A DNA stretch of 64,000 nucleotides from Bacillota bacterium (GTDB taxonomy: Bacteria > Bacillota > Sulfobacillia > JAJZYS01 > JAJZLH01): positions 2,571-66,570 of the forward strand of contig JAJZLH010000065.1 of NCBI GenBank assembly GCA_021803575.1, read 5' to 3'. Below are positions 45,319 to 53,024 of the stretch, piece by piece. The notes beneath the pieces were generated by a model. The model saw nothing but the letters and a program-made list of their open reading frames with translations. It ran no database searches and was not told the origin of the DNA. Position numbers and translations under genes: made by a program. The first letter of the stretch is position 1; each line of letters opens with the position of its first letter.

Positions 45319-48265
45319 GAGCGGTCCCGCCGTTCTCAGCGACCGAGCGGATGGAGCCCGGTGCCTCAGCCAGGGCCTCCCGCAGCGCCTGCTCGGCGCC
45401 GCTCACCAGTAAGGCGGCCTTCCGTCCGCTGGTCGGGAAGGTGGCAAGCCCGACGCTCACCGTGAGGTCGAAGTCGGCGGCCAGGGGGCCGTGGCTGATG
45501 GCGTCCTGAAGGCGGAGGGCGAGGGCGCGGGCGGAGCGCTCCCGGGCGCCGCCGGCGATGACCGCCATGGTGTCGTCGTCCCAGCGGGCCGGAAAGTCGC
45601 CGCGCCGGCAGTGGGCGCGCACCGACCGGCCGACCTCCGCCAAAAGGCGGTCGGCGGCGGCGGCACCGAACAGCTCCCTGACTCTCGCCAGGTCTGAGAT
45701 GTGAAAGAGGAGCAGTGAGAAGGAGCGGCGGCCGCGCACGGCTTGCGCAGTGTCGCGGTCCAGCTGGTCCAGAAAGGCCTGTTGGTTGGCGAGACCGGTG
45801 GCGTGGTCGGTGAGGGCCAGCCGCCGGATCTCCTGTTCGCGCTGGTGGCGGTAGATGATCAGGCTGACCAGGCCGGAGAACACCTCCAGCATGGAGCGGA
45901 CCGGCGGCGGGAAGGCGTCCACCTTCCGGCTCTCAATGTTCAAGACCCCCTCGACGCGGCCGTCGACGATGATGGGCAGGGCCAGTTCTGAGCGCACCTC
46001 CGGGTTTCCCATCACATAGATGGGATCGGACAGCACGTTCGGCACGTAGTAGGGGAGGCCGTTTCTGGCCACCCAGGCCACCACGCCGCGGTTGCCCTGC
46101 ACCTCGACCCGGAGGTCACCGATCAGCTGCCGGGTGTAGCCGCGCTGACAGGCCACGTAGAGCTCCCGCCGCTGCTCGTCCAGGAGCAGGATGGACCCCA
46201 GCTCGGTCAGGAACAGCTCCTCCAGCGACTTGAGGATGACGTCCAACAGCCCCTGCAGGCTGCCCTCGCCAGGCGGCACGCTGAACAGCGCCTCGGTCAG
46301 GGCGCCCGGCTCCAGCCGGGACAGGATGTGACGCTGCACCGACTCCGGCTGGGGCAGGGTCGGTGCCTCGGTCTCCAGGGCGGGCGCACCGCTGGTCAGC
46401 TCCGCCTCGCTGAGGCGCAAGAACGCCTCCACCACGCCGGGGTCGAACTGCCGGCCCTGCTCCCGCACCAGCTCTGCCACGGCGTCCTGGTGGGTGAGGG
46501 GATGGCGGTAGGGCCGGATCGAGGTCATGGCGTCGTAGGAGTCGGCGACCGAGAAGATGCGGGCCAAGAGCGGGATGTTCTCGGCGGCGATGCCCTCCGG
46601 ATAGCCGGTCCCGTCGTAGCGCTCATGGTGGCAGCGCACCACGTCCAGGCTCTTGCCCAGGAAGTCGAGGTGGGAGAGCATGCGGTAGCCCAGGGTCGGG
46701 TGCGCCTGCATCACCTGGCGCTCCTCGTGGGTGAGCGGTCCCGGCTTGCTGAGAATGGCGTCTGGCACGCCGATCTTGCCGATGTCGTGCAGGTGGGCGC
46801 CCCACTCCAGATGGAGGAGGTCTTCCCGGCCCAGTCCCAGGCGGCGGCCCAGTGCCAGGGCGATGCGCACGGCCCGGTCCGAGTGGCCCATGGTGCCTGG
46901 GTCGCGCAGCCCGAGGGCGTCACCGAGGGCGGCCAGCGTGGCCGTGTAGCCGTTCCACAGGGCCTCCTGGCGCCGCTCGCTCTCCACCTGCAGGGCGGTG
47001 AGCTGGGTGAGCTGCTGCAGGGTGCGGGCCCGGGCGTAAGCGCCGGCCAGGGCCAGGGCCGTCTGCTCGGCGGCCAGGGTGAGGAGGGTGGCCTCCGAGC
47101 TTCCGTAGGCGACTGGCGGCCTGGCGGCCGCCACCACCACGCCCAAGAGCTGATCGGCCATGCGCATCGGACTGACCAGGAGGCTCTGGGCGCCGGTCTT
47201 GGCCAAGGCCGGCGGCACGGGCCAGGGGGCCGCCGTGACCGACGGCAAAAGGAGCGTCTCCCGGCCCCGGGCGGCTGTGGCGATGGCATCCTGTGCGGTG
47301 GCCAGTCTGATCTCGTTCAGGGCCTGGGGCCACTGGTGGCCCACGCCGACCGAGAGCGAGAGCATCTCCTCGTCCGGGGTGTAGACGGCCACGAAGTCAG
47401 CCGGCAGCACCGGCGCCAGCATCTGGACCAGGGCCTGGGCGATGTCGCCGGGCTGCTCCAGAGCGAGCAAGCGCGCGCTGAAGGCGGAGAGGGCGTCGGT
47501 CCGGTCGGTGCGGCGCGGCGTGACCGGCGCCAGCAGAGCGGTGTCGTCGACGATGGCGCCGAGGAGGGCCGAGACCCGCCGCACCGTCTCCGCCTCGAGC
47601 GGCGTCACCAGGCGCTCTTCGGCGAAGGCCAAGGAAAGCAGGCCCACCGGCCGGCCCAGGCTGAGCAAGGTACCGCTCAGGTGCCAGGACAGGGACGAGG
47701 CGTGCCCGGGACCCTGGTCCAGCCGCTCGCAGGTCTCCACCCGGCGGCCCGAGGCCAAGACGCCCTGGTCCAGCTGGTGCTGGCACCAGCACGGCGACCA
47801 GGTGAGGGCGGCCTGCCCGTGGGCGGCCAGCGCCTTCGGCAGCTGCCAGCTGGCTAGCAGGACAAAACTGGCGTCCGAACGCCGGCCGTGGATCCAGCCG
47901 GCGTCGGCGCCCATGGCGGTCCCCAGTCTGGCCAAAAAGCGCTCCGCCACGGCGGCGGCATCTGTGCCCTGCATCACCTCGTCCGCCAAATCGGCGAGAA
48001 GGCCGCGAGCCTTGGCCGGCGTCAGGTGGGACAGCGTGATGATGATCCCTCCGAACGACCGGGGTAGGAGGAGATGCGCAGCGACGGTATCGGCGAGGTC
48101 GAATGGGTGCGGTGTTCGACGCCGGGCCACCACATCCTTGTGCCGGCAGTAACAGGGAGGGCGGCGGCGGTCGGCGAAGGGGCTGGGCCGAGAGTGAGGG
48201 GGTCGAGCGGTGCCCAGACACTTCCTGAGAGGCGCCTTTTTGCTCGCCCTAGCCGGGTTCCTCAC
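45305..48265 (-). CDS. multidomain c-di-GMP signalling protein: GAF domains, HD-GYP phosphodiesterase, C-terminal degenerate GGDEF
   Basis: HD-GYP core HLHDIGKIGVPDAILSKPGPLT...HHERYDGTGYPEG; GAF-like blocks; C-terminal GGDEF-fold region where the GG(D/E)EF motif reads RWDDDTMAVIAGG. The first ~60 aa of the track ORF are low-complexity, so the true start is probably downstream. Confidence 0.7.
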   Translation of the reverse strand: MRNPARASKKAPLRKCLGTARPPHSRPSPFADRRRPPCYCRHKDVVARRRTPHPFDLADTVAAHLLLPRSFGGIIITLSHLTPAKARGLLADLADEVMQGTDAAAVAERFLARLGTAMGADAGWIHGRRSDASFVLLASWQLPKALAAHGQAALTWSPCWCQHQLDQGVLASGRRVETCERLDQGPGHASSLSWHLSGTLLSLGRPVGLLSLAFAEERLVTPLEAETVRRVSALLGAIVDDTALLAPVTPRRTDRTDALSAFSARLLALEQPGDIAQALVQMLAPVLPADFVAVYTPDEEMLSLSVGVGHQWPQALNEIRLATAQDAIATAARGRETLLLPSVTAAPWPVPPALAKTGAQSLLVSPMRMADQLLGVVVAAARPPVAYGSSEATLLTLAAEQTALALAGAYARARTLQQLTQLTALQVESERRQEALWNGYTATLAALGDALGLRDPGTMGHSDRAVRIALALGRRLGLGREDLLHLEWGAHLHDIGKIGVPDAILSKPGPLTHEERQVMQAHPTLGYRMLSHLDFLGKSLDVVRCHHERYDGTGYPEGIAAENIPLLARIFSVADSYDAMTSIRPYRHPLTHQDAVAELVREQGRQFDPGVVEAFLRLSEAELTSGAPALETEAPTLPQPESVQRHILSRLEPGALTEALFSVPPGEGSLQGLLDVILKSLEELFLTELGSILLLDEQRRELYVACQRGYTRQLIGDLRVEVQGNRGVVAWVARNGLPYYVPNVLSDPIYVMGNPEVRSELALPIIVDGRVEGVLNIESRKVDAFPPPVRSMLEVFSGLVSLIIYRHQREQEIRRLALTDHATGLANQQAFLDQLDRDTAQAVRGRRSFSLLLFHISDLARVRELFGAAAADRLLAEVGRSVRAHCRRGDFPARWDDDTMAVIAGGARERSARALALRLQDAISHGPLAADFDLTVSVGLATFPTSGRKAALLVSGAEQALREALAEAPGSIRSVAENGGTAPSAG

Positions 48266-49757
48266 CAGCGTCTTAGGCCTCTACCGCTTGCTGCTGCCCG
48301 CCCTGATCGGCGCCCAGGGCGTGGGCCTCTACCAGATGGCCTACCCGATCTACGGCATCTTGTTCATCCTCTCCACCGGCGGCCTGCCGGTGGCCATCTC
48401 CAAGATGGTGGCCGAGCGGCTGGCCGGCGGCGACACGGCCGGCACCGGGCGGGTGTTCCGGGTGTCGATGCGCGCTCTCGGCCTGATCGGGCTGCTACTT
48501 GGCCTGGCGATGGCCCTGCTGGCCTCCACCCTGGCTGCCGACGTGGCCCGGGACCCCAGGGCGACGCTCTCCATCCTGGCCATCTCGCCGGCCATCTTGC
48601 TCACCGCCGTGGCGGCGGTGTGGCGCGGCCACTTTCAGGGCCATCAGGACATGGTGCCGACCGCCCTGTCGCAACTGGTCGACCAAGCGGTGCGGGTGGT
48701 GTTCATCGTCGTGCTGGTGGTGGTGCTGAGGCCGGATGGCCTGGCTGTCCAGGCGGCAGGCGCCACCTTCGCCGCCGTGATCGGCATGGCGGCGGACCTG
48801 GCGGTGCTGACCCTCTACCGGCGCCGCTACCCGGTGCCCGCACCCGGCCATAGCGACGGCGGCGACGGCCGGCTGCTCCGGGAGCTGATCCTCCTGGCGG
48901 TCCCCGTGGCGGCCGCCACCCTGGTGGTGCCGCTGATGCAGCTGGGCGACCTCTTTCTGGTGCCGAGCCTCTTGCTGCACACCGGGCTGGCGCTGGCCGT
49001 ACGCACCGGCCTCTATGGCGAGCTCAGCGGTTATGCCTTCCCGGTCATGCTCCTGCCCTCTGTGGCCACCTTCGCGGTGGCGGTGGCGATCGTCCCATCC
49101 TTGGCCGAGGCGGCGGTGCGAGGGGATCGGGGAACGCTGGTGCGGCGGTCTGCCGACGGCATGCGGGCGGCGGCCATGGTCGCCATACCCTCCACCGTCG
49201 GCCTGTGGGTGCTGGGCACCCCGATCATGGTGCTGCTCTTCCACACCCCATCCGCCGGCCCGATGCTGACCATGTTGGCGCCGTCGGTGCTCGGGCTGGG
49301 CGTGTTGCAGGTGGCGACCGGCATCCTGCAGGGGGTGGGCAAAGCCAACCTTCCGCTCTGGGGCATCGGGCTCGGCTTCGTGCTGAAGCTGGTGCTGACG
49401 GTGCTCCTCTTGCCGGCCATGGGCGTGTCAGGCGCCGCCCTCGCCACCTCCATCGGCATGCTGGCCGGCGGTGCCCTGACCCTGGGTATCGCGCTGCGCC
49501 AGCTGGGCACCGCCCGCTGGCTGGTGGAGGGACTCGTGAGGCCCCTGGCCGGCATCCCGCTGATGGCCCTGGTGCTGTGGTGGCTGATGGCGCACGCTGG
49601 CCTTGCCGGCTCGCACCAGAGGCTGTGGGGCCTGGTCGAGGTGGCGGCCGGCGCCGTCGCCTACGCGGTGGGCTCATTGACCATGGGCGGATGGAGCCGA
49701 GAAGAGCGCCGCCTCCTCCTTCGCCACCCCCTCACCATCCTGCGCGGCCGAGGCTAG
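48210..49757 (+). CDS. MurJ/MviN/SpoVB-family (MOP superfamily) polysaccharide/lipid-II flippase, YabM-like
   Basis: About 14 TM helices; LYRLLLPALIGAQGVGLYQMAYPIYGILFILSTGGLPVAISKMVAE is characteristic of SpoVB/MurJ; same position as yabM. Confidence 0.75.
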   Translation: MPRHFLRGAFLLALAGFLTSVLGLYRLLLPALIGAQGVGLYQMAYPIYGILFILSTGGLPVAISKMVAERLAGGDTAGTGRVFRVSMRALGLIGLLLGLAMALLASTLAADVARDPRATLSILAISPAILLTAVAAVWRGHFQGHQDMVPTALSQLVDQAVRVVFIVVLVVVLRPDGLAVQAAGATFAAVIGMAADLAVLTLYRRRYPVPAPGHSDGGDGRLLRELILLAVPVAAATLVVPLMQLGDLFLVPSLLLHTGLALAVRTGLYGELSGYAFPVMLLPSVATFAVAVAIVPSLAEAAVRGDRGTLVRRSADGMRAAAMVAIPSTVGLWVLGTPIMVLLFHTPSAGPMLTMLAPSVLGLGVLQVATGILQGVGKANLPLWGIGLGFVLKLVLTVLLLPAMGVSGAALATSIGMLAGGALTLGIALRQLGTARWLVEGLVRPLAGIPLMALVLWWLMAHAGLAGSHQRLWGLVEVAAGAVAYAVGSLTMGGWSREERRLLLRHPLTILRGRG

Positions 49758-49982
49758 TCACCACGGGCGCCGGCGGGCGAGGAGCGGCATTCCGGCTGTC
49801 CCAGGCCGCGTCCCGGTGGGACGGTGAAGGGAAAGGCTTGTCTGACAAGGGTTTCGACTGTAATCACACCTTGCCGGGCCCTGCCTGGCTAACAGGTGTG
49901 AGCGAGGGGAGGCGGGTGGGAGGCGGCGGCGGAAGCGCCTAATTGCCTGCTCCGAGGCTGGGAAAGAAGGAACGGCGTAGGT

Positions 49983-50309
49983 TTGCGAGAAGTGCTAAGG
50001 CCAAATGCCGAAAGGAAGGAGGGGATAGTTACGAACAAGGCGGAGTTGGTAGGCAAGATCGCCGACCACACGGGGCTCACCAAGAAGAGTGCAGAGAAGG
50101 CGGTCAACGCTTTCGTCAGCACCGTTCAGGGTGCGCTGAAGTCTGGTCACAAGGTGTCTCTGGTCGGCTTCGGCACGTTCGAGGTGCGCCACCGCAGTGC
50201 GCGCAAGGGTCGCAACCCTCAGACCGGGCAGGTCATCTCGATCAAGGCAAGCAAGGTCCCGGCGTTCAAGGCGGGCAAGGCCCTCAAGGAATCTGTGGGC
50301 GGTCGCTAG
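49983..50309 (+). CDS. hup: DNA-binding protein HU
   Basis: [28 protein letters not shown]...[41 protein letters not shown] is a canonical HU. The start codon is unclear: the best SD, GGAGG, sits just before ATA/GTT. Confidence 0.85.
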   Translation: MREVLRPNAERKEGIVTNKAELVGKIADHTGLTKKSAEKAVNAFVSTVQGALKSGHKVSLVGFGTFEVRHRSARKGRNPQTGQVISIKASKVPAFKAGKALKESVGGR

Positions 50310-50324
50310 GTCGGAGATCAGCGG

Positions 50325-50348
50325 AAGGCCGGCCTTCGGGCCGGCCTT
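50325..50348 (+). terminator. hairpin after hup
   Basis: aaggccggcc-ttcg-ggccggcctt perfect 10-bp stem followed by cttg; weak U-tract. Confidence 0.4.
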
Positions 50349-50365
50349 CTTGCGTCTGGGGGAGG

Positions 50366-50647
50366 ACGTGGTCCGGCACGAGACTCGACAAGTTTCTGCA
50401 GCTGAGCCGGCTGGTCAAGCGGCGGACCGTGGCCAAGGAGCTGACAGACGCCGGGCGCGTCTCGCTGAACGGGAGGCCCGCCAAGGCCTCTGCCGAGGTG
50501 GGCGTGGGAGACCGGATCAAGGTGCGCCTCGGCCGCTCAGAGCTGGAGGCGGTGGTGCTGGCGGTGCCCCAGTCGGCACGCCCGCCCAGGGGTGCGCCCC
50601 TGGTCGAGGTGCTGGAGCGAAGAAGCAGGGAAGACGGCGAGAGCTGA
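50366..50647 (+). CDS. S4-domain RNA-binding protein YabO/Hsp15-like; start not resolved
   Basis: RLDKFLQLSRLVKRRTVAKELTDAGRVSLNGRPAKASAEVGVGDRIKV is a canonical S4 domain. There is no in-frame ATG/GTG/TTG between the hup terminator and the RLDKFL codons; the nearby GTG (50368) is in the +2 frame. Confidence 0.6.
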   Translation, partial: TWSGTRLDKFLQLSRLVKRRTVAKELTDAGRVSLNGRPAKASAEVGVGDRIKVRLGRSELEAVVLAVPQSARPPRGAPLVEVLERRSREDGES

Positions 50648-50777
50648 GGCGGCGGGTGGGATCTCCCACCCGCCGCCGCCGTGTGAGCAGGAGATGGCAT
50701 GGCCGCGCCGAAGCACAGCGGTCCTGAGTTATGCACAAAATGTTGATGAAATGTGGACAAAGTGAAGGAGAGCAGGC

Positions 50778-51020
50778 GTGAGGATCGAAATCCGGGGAGC
50801 TGAGCGGCTCTCCTTCCGGGAGCGGCAGGTGGTGGTGCTGAAGGAGACCGGCCTCAGCGCCGAGGCGATCGCCGCCCGGCTGGGCATCTCCCAGGCATCG
50901 GTGGCCACCTTGTATCACCGGGCCAAGACCAAGGGGTACCAGGTGGTGATCGTGATCGAGGGCGATCCCCTGGCCATTCAGGGGGACCCAGGTGACGACG
51001 GGGAGGGCGATCTGACGTGA
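50778..51020 (+). CDS. small sigma-70-region-4/LuxR-type HTH protein (80 aa)
   Basis: LSFRERQVVVLKETGLSAEAIAARLGISQASVATLYHRAKTKG is a region-4-like HTH; it occupies the slot of yabP/yabQ in sporeformers. Confidence 0.4.
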   Translation: MRIEIRGAERLSFRERQVVVLKETGLSAEAIAARLGISQASVATLYHRAKTKGYQVVIVIEGDPLAIQGDPGDDGEGDLT

Positions 51021-51364
51021 TCCAGCGCCAGTCGGGGCGGCAGCTGCACGTGCCGATGGATGACAGTTTCGTCCTGCCCCTGCCCCGGCGCTCCCTGCGC
51101 ATCCGCTGGAGCCGGCTGCTCCTGGCCGCCTTCGTGCTCTACCTGGCGGTGATGACCGGCTGGGGTGCCATCGTCACCATGCAGCTGGCCGCCAAGGAGG
51201 CAGCGCTGGCGGCCCAGGTCCGCTCGGAGGAGGCGTCCAACCTCCAACTCGAGCAGCAGATACGCGCCTACAGCGGCAGCCAGGGGCGGGAGGCGGCCAT
51301 CCAGTCCCAGTTCGGCCTGGTGCCCGCCGGTCAGATCCCGGTCAAGGTGCAATCCGCACCCTGA
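51017..51364 (+). CDS. divIC: septum-formation initiator DivIC/FtsB-family protein
   Basis: Single TM (LLLAAFVLYLAVMTGWGAIV) followed by a coiled coil (QLAAKEAALAAQVRSEEASNLQLEQQIRAY); conserved position before the S1 gene. Confidence 0.6.
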   Translation: MIQRQSGRQLHVPMDDSFVLPLPRRSLRIRWSRLLLAAFVLYLAVMTGWGAIVTMQLAAKEAALAAQVRSEEASNLQLEQQIRAYSGSQGREAAIQSQFGLVPAGQIPVKVQSAP

Positions 51365-51402
51365 GCACCGCCGCCCCGGCCGGTTCGCCAGGGGGCCGCG
51401 CG

Positions 51403-51430
51403 TTGACAGCGAGGGGGCCGGTGCTACAAT
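51403..51430 (+). promoter_or_regulatory. consensus sigma-A promoter for yabR
   Basis: TTGACA (51403-08), 16 nt, TACAAT (51425-30), located inside the divIC 3' end and intergenic region. Confidence 0.6.
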
Positions 51431-51455
51431 CAAGGGACACTGGCGCCAGCGGACT

Positions 51456-51923
51456 GTGGAAAGCGGGGAGACCTTGGCGGAATCGGATATCGAAGTCGGG
51501 CAGATCGTCGAAGGCGTGGTCACTGGCATCACCCACTTCGGCGCTTTTGTTTTGCTGCCGGGCGGCAAGACCGGACTCGTCCACATCTCTGAAATCGCGG
51601 ACAGCTATGTGCGGGACGTTCACGAATTCCTGAAAGAGAACGATACGGTCAAGGTCAAGGTGCTGTCCTTCGACGGCGCCAGCAAGATCGCACTCTCCAT
51701 CCGACAGGCGGCACCCAGGCCGCCGGTGGCGGCAACCGGCGGCGAGGCGCCGCGCTCCCTGGGCCGTCCGCTCAGAGGTGCACCGTCCAGGACGGGCGCA
51801 GGCCGCGGCACCTTCGAGGACAAGCTGACCAAGTTTCTGAAGGAGTCGGACGAGAAGCTCACCGCCCTGCGCCGGCATCAGGACAAGCGCGGCCACCACG
51901 GGGGCCGGCCGGCCGGCCACTAG
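51456..51923 (+). CDS. S1 RNA-binding domain protein YabR-like
   Basis: VGQIVEGVVTGITHFGAFVLLPGGKTGLVHISEIADSYVRDVHEFLKENDTVKVKVLSFD is a canonical S1 domain. Start GTG 51456 or TTG 51474; the upstream part of the track ORF is out of frame. Confidence 0.8.
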   Translation: MESGETLAESDIEVGQIVEGVVTGITHFGAFVLLPGGKTGLVHISEIADSYVRDVHEFLKENDTVKVKVLSFDGASKIALSIRQAAPRPPVAATGGEAPRSLGRPLRGAPSRTGAGRGTFEDKLTKFLKESDEKLTALRRHQDKRGHHGGRPAGH

Positions 51924-51937
51924 GCCGGGCGAGAGGC

Positions 51938-53014
51938 GTGGAGCGCTTTGCGTTTCTGTTCCACCCGCTGCAGCACACCGACTTCGCTCGCAAATTCCCG
52001 ATCCTGATGCGGCTGCCGTCCTCCTGGGTGGAGGGCGGCATGAAGTATCTGCCGCCGCTCCACATCTCGCACGTGACCGGCGCCCGCTCGCTGACCGGCG
52101 TCGAGCTGGAGGGCGACTTCGTCGGCCTGGGCATGACGCCCCGGGTGCTGCTCGAGTCCGACTTCGAGCACTTCGTGCTGCCCCGGCTGATCCGGGCCGG
52201 CCAGCTGGCGGAGCGGCTGGGCGCCAGGATCCTGGGGCTGGGCGCCTTCACCAAGATCGTCGGCGACCGCGGCGTATCGGTGGCCAAGGCGCTGAACATC
52301 CCGGTCACGACCGGAAACTCCTACACAGCCGCCTCAGCGGTGGAAGGCGCGCTGAAGGCGGTGGACCGCATGCAGAAAGACCGGGCGAACGTCGAGGCGG
52401 CGGTGATCGGTGCCACCGGGTCGATCGGTCGGGCCGTCTCCCATCTTCTGGCCGAGCAGGTCGGGGCCCTGACCCTGGTGGCCCGGGGCGAGGAGCGCCT
52501 GGAGGCGCTGGCCAGCGCCCTCGGCGGGCACGGCGCCCTGATCCGTACCTCCACCGATCCGCGCTCCGCCGCCCGCAGTGCCGACCTGGTGCTGACCGTG
52601 AGTTCGGCTACCGGCGTGCTGGTGGAACCGGAGGACTTTCGACCGGGCGCCGTGGTCTGCGACGTGGCCCGGCCGCGCAACGTCTCAGCCGCCGTCTACC
52701 AGCACCGCGACGACGTACTGGTGCTGGACGGCGGCGTGATCCGGGTGCCCGGAGCGGTGGACTTCGGCTTCTCCTTCGGCTTTCCGCCGCAGATGGCCGA
52801 GGCCTGCATGGCTGAGACGATGATCCTGGCCATGGAGGGCCGCTACGAGTCGTTCACGCTGGGCGCCGACATCGAGGTGGAGAAGGTGCGCCTGATCCAG
52901 GCTCTGGCCGCCAAGCACGGCTTCACCGTCGAGGGTTTCCGCCGCTTCGAGCGGGCCATCGCCGACCAGGAGGTGGAGGAGATCCGGCAGCGGGCCAGCC
53001 GGGCGGGCCACTGA
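51938..53014 (+). CDS. acyl-ACP reductase (AAR)-family NAD(P)-binding protein
   Basis: Collinear with cyanobacterial AAR: FAFLFHPL vs FGLIGHLTSL; AVIGATGSIGRAV vs AVVGATGDIGSAV; C-terminal MAEACMAETMILAMEGRYESFTLGADIEVEKVRLIQALAAKHGF vs [44 protein letters not shown]. Confidence 0.65.
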   Translation: MERFAFLFHPLQHTDFARKFPILMRLPSSWVEGGMKYLPPLHISHVTGARSLTGVELEGDFVGLGMTPRVLLESDFEHFVLPRLIRAGQLAERLGARILGLGAFTKIVGDRGVSVAKALNIPVTTGNSYTAASAVEGALKAVDRMQKDRANVEAAVIGATGSIGRAVSHLLAEQVGALTLVARGEERLEALASALGGHGALIRTSTDPRSAARSADLVLTVSSATGVLVEPEDFRPGAVVCDVARPRNVSAAVYQHRDDVLVLDGGVIRVPGAVDFGFSFGFPPQMAEACMAETMILAMEGRYESFTLGADIEVEKVRLIQALAAKHGFTVEGFRRFERAIADQEVEEIRQRASRAGH

Positions 53015-53024
53015 GCCGCGGTGC

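Noticed and set aside
49836-49866. TTGTCT/CTGACA ... TGTAAT candidate promoter upstream of hup
   Set aside because: Spacer lengths are 15 or 11 nt depending on the -35 choice, outside the 16-18 nt sigma-A range.
50197-50727. 176-aa Arg-rich ORF across hup and yabO
   Set aside because: Alternative-frame artefact. It does contain the GTG (50368) that would serve yabO after a 1-nt correction, and this is discussed under findings.
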